From Pseudomonadota bacterium (GTDB taxonomy: Bacteria; Pseudomonadota; Gammaproteobacteria; Ga0077536): a stretch of DNA of 53,735 nucleotides. The stretch covers positions 1 through 53,735 of the forward strand of contig JAYTEX010000279.1 of NCBI GenBank assembly GCA_043734785.1. The letters are read 5' to 3'. Of this stretch, positions 49,494 to 53,735 are shown piece by piece; position 1 is the stretch's first letter; each line of letters starts with the position of its first letter. Position numbers and translations under genes: made by a program. A model generated the notes under the pieces. The model did not search any database. It saw nothing but the letters and a program-made list of their open reading frames with translations, and was not told the origin of the DNA.

Positions 49494-51809
49494 ATGTCCC
49501 GATCTCAACCCAAGACACTGATCAAGGCGACGCTGCGCTCCCGTATTGCTTTTTATCTCAAGCATTTGCTGATCTGGTGCGTGCTCGGTGGCGTGGTGTA
49601 TTGGGCGTGGCTGGATCGCAGAGTAGTTGCTGCATTCAACGCTCGAAAATGGGAACTGCCCGCGCGCATCTACGCGACGCCGCTCGATCTGTACCGCAAT
49701 TTTCCGATTACCGCTGAATCTGTCACGCAGGCGTTAATCGCGTTGGGGTATCGCGAGGTCGCGGCCCCGTCCGGAGCAGGACAGTTTCGCGCGGATGCGC
49801 AGCGCGTTGATGTTGTCACGCGAGGATTTACTTTCGCCGACGGCGAAGAGCCCGCGCGCATGGTCCGCCTCGAATTCGGTGATGATCGAATCACAAAGAT
49901 TTCGGAACCGAAAACTGGCGAGGACATAGGCGTCTTACGCTTCGAACCCCTCGAAATCGGGCGCATCCACACGGCGCATTTCGAAGACCGGGTGCTGCTC
50001 GCCCGACAGGATTTGCCGGAATCTTTCGTACGTGCACTGACAGTCGTGGAAGATCGGCATTTCTTCGAACACATCGGAATCGACTGGTCGAGTATTTTGC
50101 GCGCCGCATCGGTCAATCTGCTGCATGGAGAGATCGCGCAAGGCGGCAGCACACTCACGCAACAACTGGTCAAGAATCTCTATCTGGATGGGCGTCGTAC
50201 GCTGGGACGCAAGCTGAACGAAGCTTTGATGGCGCTGTCGATCGAACGCCAGTTTACGAAAGATGAAATTCTGGAGACCTATGCCAACGAAGTGTTTCTG
50301 GGCCAGGATGGTAACCGCGCGATCCACGGTTTTGGTCTTGCGGCCAGGTTCTATTTTGGACGCCCGCTCAGCGAGCTATCAACGCCCGAGTTAGCTTTGA
50401 TGGTGGGTCTGATACGTGGCCCATCCCGCTACAATCCCTTTAAATTCCCTGAACGCGCGTTGGCGCGACGGGCGGTAATCCTGGGGGTTTTTCGCGCCAA
50501 TGGTCTGATTTCTACGGCGCAAACCGATGCTTTCAAGCGAGCGCCACTTGGACTTCGACGCGGCGAGTGGCGGACCGAGGAGCGTTATGCCACCTATCTT
50601 GATTTGGTAGGTCGGCAGCTTAAACGGGACTATCAAGAGATCGATCTTAGAACCGCTGGTCTCAAGGTTTTTACGAGTCTTGATATCCGCGCGCAAGCGG
50701 CCGCCGAGTCGGCGGTGATGACAGCGATTGCGGAACTGGAACGCGGACTGCCGAAGCAGAAGGGCCGTCTGCAGGCGGCAGTGATCGTGACGGATGCCAG
50801 AACCGCTGACATCAAGGCCATGATTGGCAGTCGCGGCACAGACGTTGGCGGTTTCAACCGGGCGCTCGATGCGAAGCGTCAAATTGGCTCGCTAATCAAG
50901 CCCTTCATCTACTTGACTGCCTTGGAGCAGTTGCGGGGATTCAATGTTGCGACTCAACTGATCGATGAACCTCGAACATGGAATCAACCTAATGGAAAAT
51001 CCTGGTCACCCCAAAATTATGATGGAAAATACCTCGGCCCCATATCGGCGCAGGACGCGCTAGCCAAATCCATCAATCTCGCGACGATCGATCTTGGATT
51101 CAGAATCGAGGTGGAATCGTTGCGCGCAACGCTGCGAAAATTCGGTGTTGTGCAAGATATACCCAAGTTCCCGGCGTTATTTCTCGGCGCTATAGACCTC
51201 AGTCCATATGAAGTGACGCAGTTGTATCAAATCATCGCAAATGATGGCTTCAGAATTCCATTACGTGCCATTCAAGCCGTCGTCGACAGTCGAAACCAAC
51301 CGATTAAGCGCTACGGTCTGAAGGTTGAGCGTGTCATGGAAGAAGAAACTGCCTTTCTGACCCGCTACCTGCTCACCCGCGTAGTGGAATACGGTACCGC
51401 ACGCCGGCTGGCGCAGGAGTTCCCGCGAGAACTTCCTTTGGCCGGCAAAACAGGTACCTCGAATGATGCGCGTGACAGTTGGTTCGTGGGATTCACGGGC
51501 AATGATCTCGTGACAGTGTGGATAGGACGGGATGACAATAAGCCGGCCAGCCTGACCGGCGCGACCGGCGCACTAAAAGTATGGGTTAAAGCGGTTAAGC
51601 AAATCGGTGCGAAACCAATCGTGATGGATCCTCCACCAACGGTCGAATGGCATTGGCTTACCGCCGATGGTGCTGCGTTGACCGACCGCACGTGTGGTGA
51701 TGCGTTGTATGTCCCCGTCAACATAAACTCCCTGCCAGCCAGGACGGTTTCGTGCAGCACGACACCGCTGGAGCCGGGTTTCAGACCATTGTGGGAGCCA
51801 CGGAATTAA
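49494..51809 (+). CDS. mrcB: Penicillin-binding protein 1B (bifunctional glycosyltransferase/transpeptidase)
   Basis: It has an N-terminal TM segment and a UB2H-like insert before the GT51 motif VVEDRHFFEHIGID. RKLNEA, SLIKP (SxxK), SIN (SxN) and KTGTS (KTG) are also present. Confidence 0.9.
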   Translation: MSRSQPKTLIKATLRSRIAFYLKHLLIWCVLGGVVYWAWLDRRVVAAFNARKWELPARIYATPLDLYRNFPITAESVTQALIALGYREVAAPSGAGQFRADAQRVDVVTRGFTFADGEEPARMVRLEFGDDRITKISEPKTGEDIGVLRFEPLEIGRIHTAHFEDRVLLARQDLPESFVRALTVVEDRHFFEHIGIDWSSILRAASVNLLHGEIAQGGSTLTQQLVKNLYLDGRRTLGRKLNEALMALSIERQFTKDEILETYANEVFLGQDGNRAIHGFGLAARFYFGRPLSELSTPELALMVGLIRGPSRYNPFKFPERALARRAVILGVFRANGLISTAQTDAFKRAPLGLRRGEWRTEERYATYLDLVGRQLKRDYQEIDLRTAGLKVFTSLDIRAQAAAESAVMTAIAELERGLPKQKGRLQAAVIVTDARTADIKAMIGSRGTDVGGFNRALDAKRQIGSLIKPFIYLTALEQLRGFNVATQLIDEPRTWNQPNGKSWSPQNYDGKYLGPISAQDALAKSINLATIDLGFRIEVESLRATLRKFGVVQDIPKFPALFLGAIDLSPYEVTQLYQIIANDGFRIPLRAIQAVVDSRNQPIKRYGLKVERVMEEETAFLTRYLLTRVVEYGTARRLAQEFPRELPLAGKTGTSNDARDSWFVGFTGNDLVTVWIGRDDNKPASLTGATGALKVWVKAVKQIGAKPIVMDPPPTVEWHWLTADGAALTDRTCGDALYVPVNINSLPARTVSCSTTPLEPGFRPLWEPRN

Positions 51810-52394
51810 ATGAAAATTTTGTTACCACGAAGAAACCATTTTCTTGTCGTCGGCTTTGTATTGATACTCGGCGCCTGCAGCACCGCGACCACGCGCACGG
51901 CCCCGATTGAGGGGCGCCGGCCACAGGAGACGCCAGTCGCGCAACCGACCACGGCTGCGCCGATGCCGCAACCCCCTCAAGGCGCTCAGGTTTTCGCGTT
52001 ACCCGATTCGCAAGTTGCACCGCTGGAGCCAGTTCCTGTCCCCGGCCCTGTCCCCGGCCCTGTCCCCGGGGCGATCGATAGCCCCCTAACAACGACTCAT
52101 GCGATCAAACCGCCGCTTGATCCGGCACTGCGCGAATTGGTGGCACAGGCGGAACGCGCGAGTGCACGGGGGGACCGGGGAGCAGCACGAGCGACCCTGG
52201 AGCGCGCGCTGAAGATCAAACCGGAGAATGCTCAATTATGGTTTCGCCTCGCGGAATTGAATTTCGTGGATGGCGAGTACGAGCAGGCAATTGTGATGGC
52301 ACAACGCGCGCGCGAACTTGCGCGTGGAGAGCGCGAATTGATGTATCAGGCGGACCAACTGATTGAACGCGCCCGCAGCCCTCTCACGCGTTGA
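51810..52394 (+). CDS. TPR lipoprotein adjacent to mrcB (LpoP-like PBP1B activator candidate)
   Basis: Its ATG directly abuts the mrcB stop. It has a lipobox (LILGAC), a Pro-rich linker (PVPVPGPVPGPVPG) and a C-terminal TPR-like helix pair (AARATLERALKIKPENAQLWFRLAELNFVDGEYEQA). Confidence 0.6.
   Translation: MKILLPRRNHFLVVGFVLILGACSTATTRTAPIEGRRPQETPVAQPTTAAPMPQPPQGAQVFALPDSQVAPLEPVPVPGPVPGPVPGAIDSPLTTTHAIKPPLDPALRELVAQAERASARGDRGAARATLERALKIKPENAQLWFRLAELNFVDGEYEQAIVMAQRARELARGERELMYQADQLIERARSPLTR
52035..52070 (+). repeat. 3 x 12-nt perfect/near-perfect tandem repeat (cctgtccccggc) inside the lipoprotein linker
   Basis: Read directly: cctgtccccggc cctgtccccggc cctgtccccggg. It encodes the (PVPG)n stretch. 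Confidence 0.9.
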
Positions 52395-52671
52395 TGTGAG
52401 ACGGCGTTGGATCGTGCGGCCGCAGGGAGTAGGCGAAAGCGATCACCTCTGCCACGGCCTGGTAGAGGGGCGCGGGGATTTCACGCCCCAGTTCGACGTG
52501 ACTTAGAATCTCGACCAACGCGGGATCCTCGCGTAGCGGCACATCGTGCGCTGCTGCGAGCGCCAAGATTCGCTGCGCGACTTCGCCTTGACCCTTGGCG
52601 ATTACGCGCGGCGCGCCGCTGCCTTCCCAACGTAAGGCGATTGCCAGTGGCCGTCTAGGTTCAATCTTCAT
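52384..52671 (-). CDS. Stand-alone FlhB/EscU C-terminal-domain-like protein
   Basis: MKIEPRRPLAIALRWEGSGAPRVIAKGQGEVAQRILALAAAHDVPLREDPALVEIL...IPAPLYQAVAEVIAFAY. It resembles the post-NPTH C-terminal subdomain of FlhB, with no TM domain. Confidence 0.75.
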   Translation of the reverse strand: MKIEPRRPLAIALRWEGSGAPRVIAKGQGEVAQRILALAAAHDVPLREDPALVEILSHVELGREIPAPLYQAVAEVIAFAYSLRPHDPTPSHINA

Positions 52672-52673
52672 CG

Positions 52674-53735
52674 TCAAATTTTCATATCGATCAGGCCCTG
52701 AGGTAGGTGATCTGTGTCGCGCGGGCCATCCACCGGGGCGACTATAACGGCCTCGACGCGCAGGCCGCATGCCGCGAGGCGCGCCTGTAGATCGTCTCGA
52801 CGGTGATACAGCGCAACGCGGAGTGCTTCATCGTCCGCCCAGGCGAGGATCGACAATTGTTCGGCGCACAGTGTGAGCCGAACGCGCAACTGAGACGGAC
52901 CCGGTAACGGCACCACGATCAATAGTGAGTGACGCTCCGCACCTTGAGAGTGCTCGTGCTCACCTTCGCGCGAGTATTGTAATTGCAGGACCTCTAGTTG
53001 CTCATCGATCCGGACAGGGAGCTCGAACAGGCCAAACGCCTGCCCGAGGGACGCCGCCTCTGTCATTTGCAACTGTCGGGTCGTGATGCGCGCGATCATT
53101 GCTTCCAGGGTTTCTTTCAATTCTGAGGAGAACTCCGAGACGGCTAAATCCCGATCCGAGAGCGGCGTGGACTCTGCTCGCGGCACGCCTAGCCGAGTCA
53201 GCTCCGATTCGTTCGGCAAAACTGATTTTTCCTGGAGCGGCGCCGCCGCTGTCGGCACCGAAGGGAGGAAGGGTTCGATTTGCCTGAGTAAGCTCAAGAG
53301 TTGCCATTTCCGGTCTGTGGTGGGGAGTGATACTGTGGGATCACTCAGGTGTCGGGCTAGCGTGGGTTCGAGTCCAGTGCCACTCAGTGCGACTGCCCGC
53401 ATGAGCTTCGCCGGAGTCGTGAGCACGGCGAGCGCGGGAATATCTGCTAACAAGCTCTGGGTCGATAGAATCAATGCCTGCATATCTGGGCTGTGGGCGG
53501 CACGCTCTAGAGCTGGCAAGTGAGCTTCAAGCGTGCGCAGCGCGGGCGCAAGTGCGACCTGTTGTGGCAGCAAGGTGCGCAAGGCGACCGCTTCCACGCG
53601 CGCATCCTGCTTGACGGACTCACGCCGGATGGGCTCAAGCACGGGCAGCGGATGCAGGCTTACTACCCGGGCAGTAAAGCGGTCCCCCATCGCCACCGGC
53701 GCCGCTCCGGAAGCGACCACCGTTTCAGCGCCGAT
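52674..53735 (-). CDS. FliK-like hook-length-control protein (5' end probably beyond window)
   Basis: The C-terminal region FELPVRIDEQLEVLQLQY...LLIVVPLPGPSQLRVRLTL..EQLSILAWADDEALRVALYHRRDDLQARL matches the FliK C-terminal domain pattern. The frame stays open to the window edge. Confidence 0.65.
   Translation of the reverse strand: MGAETVVASGAAPVAMGDRFTARVVSLHPLPVLEPIRRESVKQDARVEAVALRTLLPQQVALAPALRTLEAHLPALERAAHSPDMQALILSTQSLLADIPALAVLTTPAKLMRAVALSGTGLEPTLARHLSDPTVSLPTTDRKWQLLSLLRQIEPFLPSVPTAAAPLQEKSVLPNESELTRLGVPRAESTPLSDRDLAVSEFSSELKETLEAMIARITTRQLQMTEAASLGQAFGLFELPVRIDEQLEVLQLQYSREGEHEHSQGAERHSLLIVVPLPGPSQLRVRLTLCAEQLSILAWADDEALRVALYHRRDDLQARLAACGLRVEAVIVAPVDGPRDTDHLPQGLIDMKI

Overview
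High-GC (about 60%) chromosomal segment with gammaproteobacterial-type synteny. Most of it is conserved housekeeping sequence. Recognisable blocks are ilvI-ilvH-ilvC, proS, arsC(yfgD-like)-wrbA, hda-perM-DUF2066 divergent from purM, trmJ, apt, mltD, yafS-like-rnhA-dnaQ, grxD, argF, (surE)-pcm-nlpD-rpoS, adk, mrcB plus an LpoP-like lipoprotein, and the edge of a fliK-like/flhB-C-like pair. Three accessory or rearranged patches stand out. (1) 11.1-14.4 kb: a 3.2-kb insert bracketed by a degenerate direct repeat of the purM 3' end. It carries a divergent SurE paralogue and an orphan CoxIII-like/CoxIV-like (NorE/NorF-type) pair plus an unknown polytopic membrane protein. The canonical surE upstream of pcm has decayed to a short remnant. 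(2) 15.5-22.4 kb: a scrambled region with three Uma2 (DUF820) nuclease paralogues, one of them a pseudogene. It also holds an internally deleted IS66 element, a lower-GC GT-C-like membrane protein, an aberrant tRNA-Leu(CAA)-like gene and permuted REP-like repeat modules. (3) 26.5-34.5 kb: a tungsten/molybdenum-type aldehyde:ferredoxin oxidoreductase with a MoaD/ThiS-like partner, convergent with an RND exporter, an SBP56 (methanethiol-oxidase-type, mtoX-like) gene and a SCO1/SenC-MauG fusion. A 53-aa Lys/Ala-rich histone-H1-like gene in an AT-rich island is missing from the ORF track. No rRNA or CRISPR array was seen. All functional calls rest on by-eye motif and synteny recognition and need HMM or BLAST confirmation.
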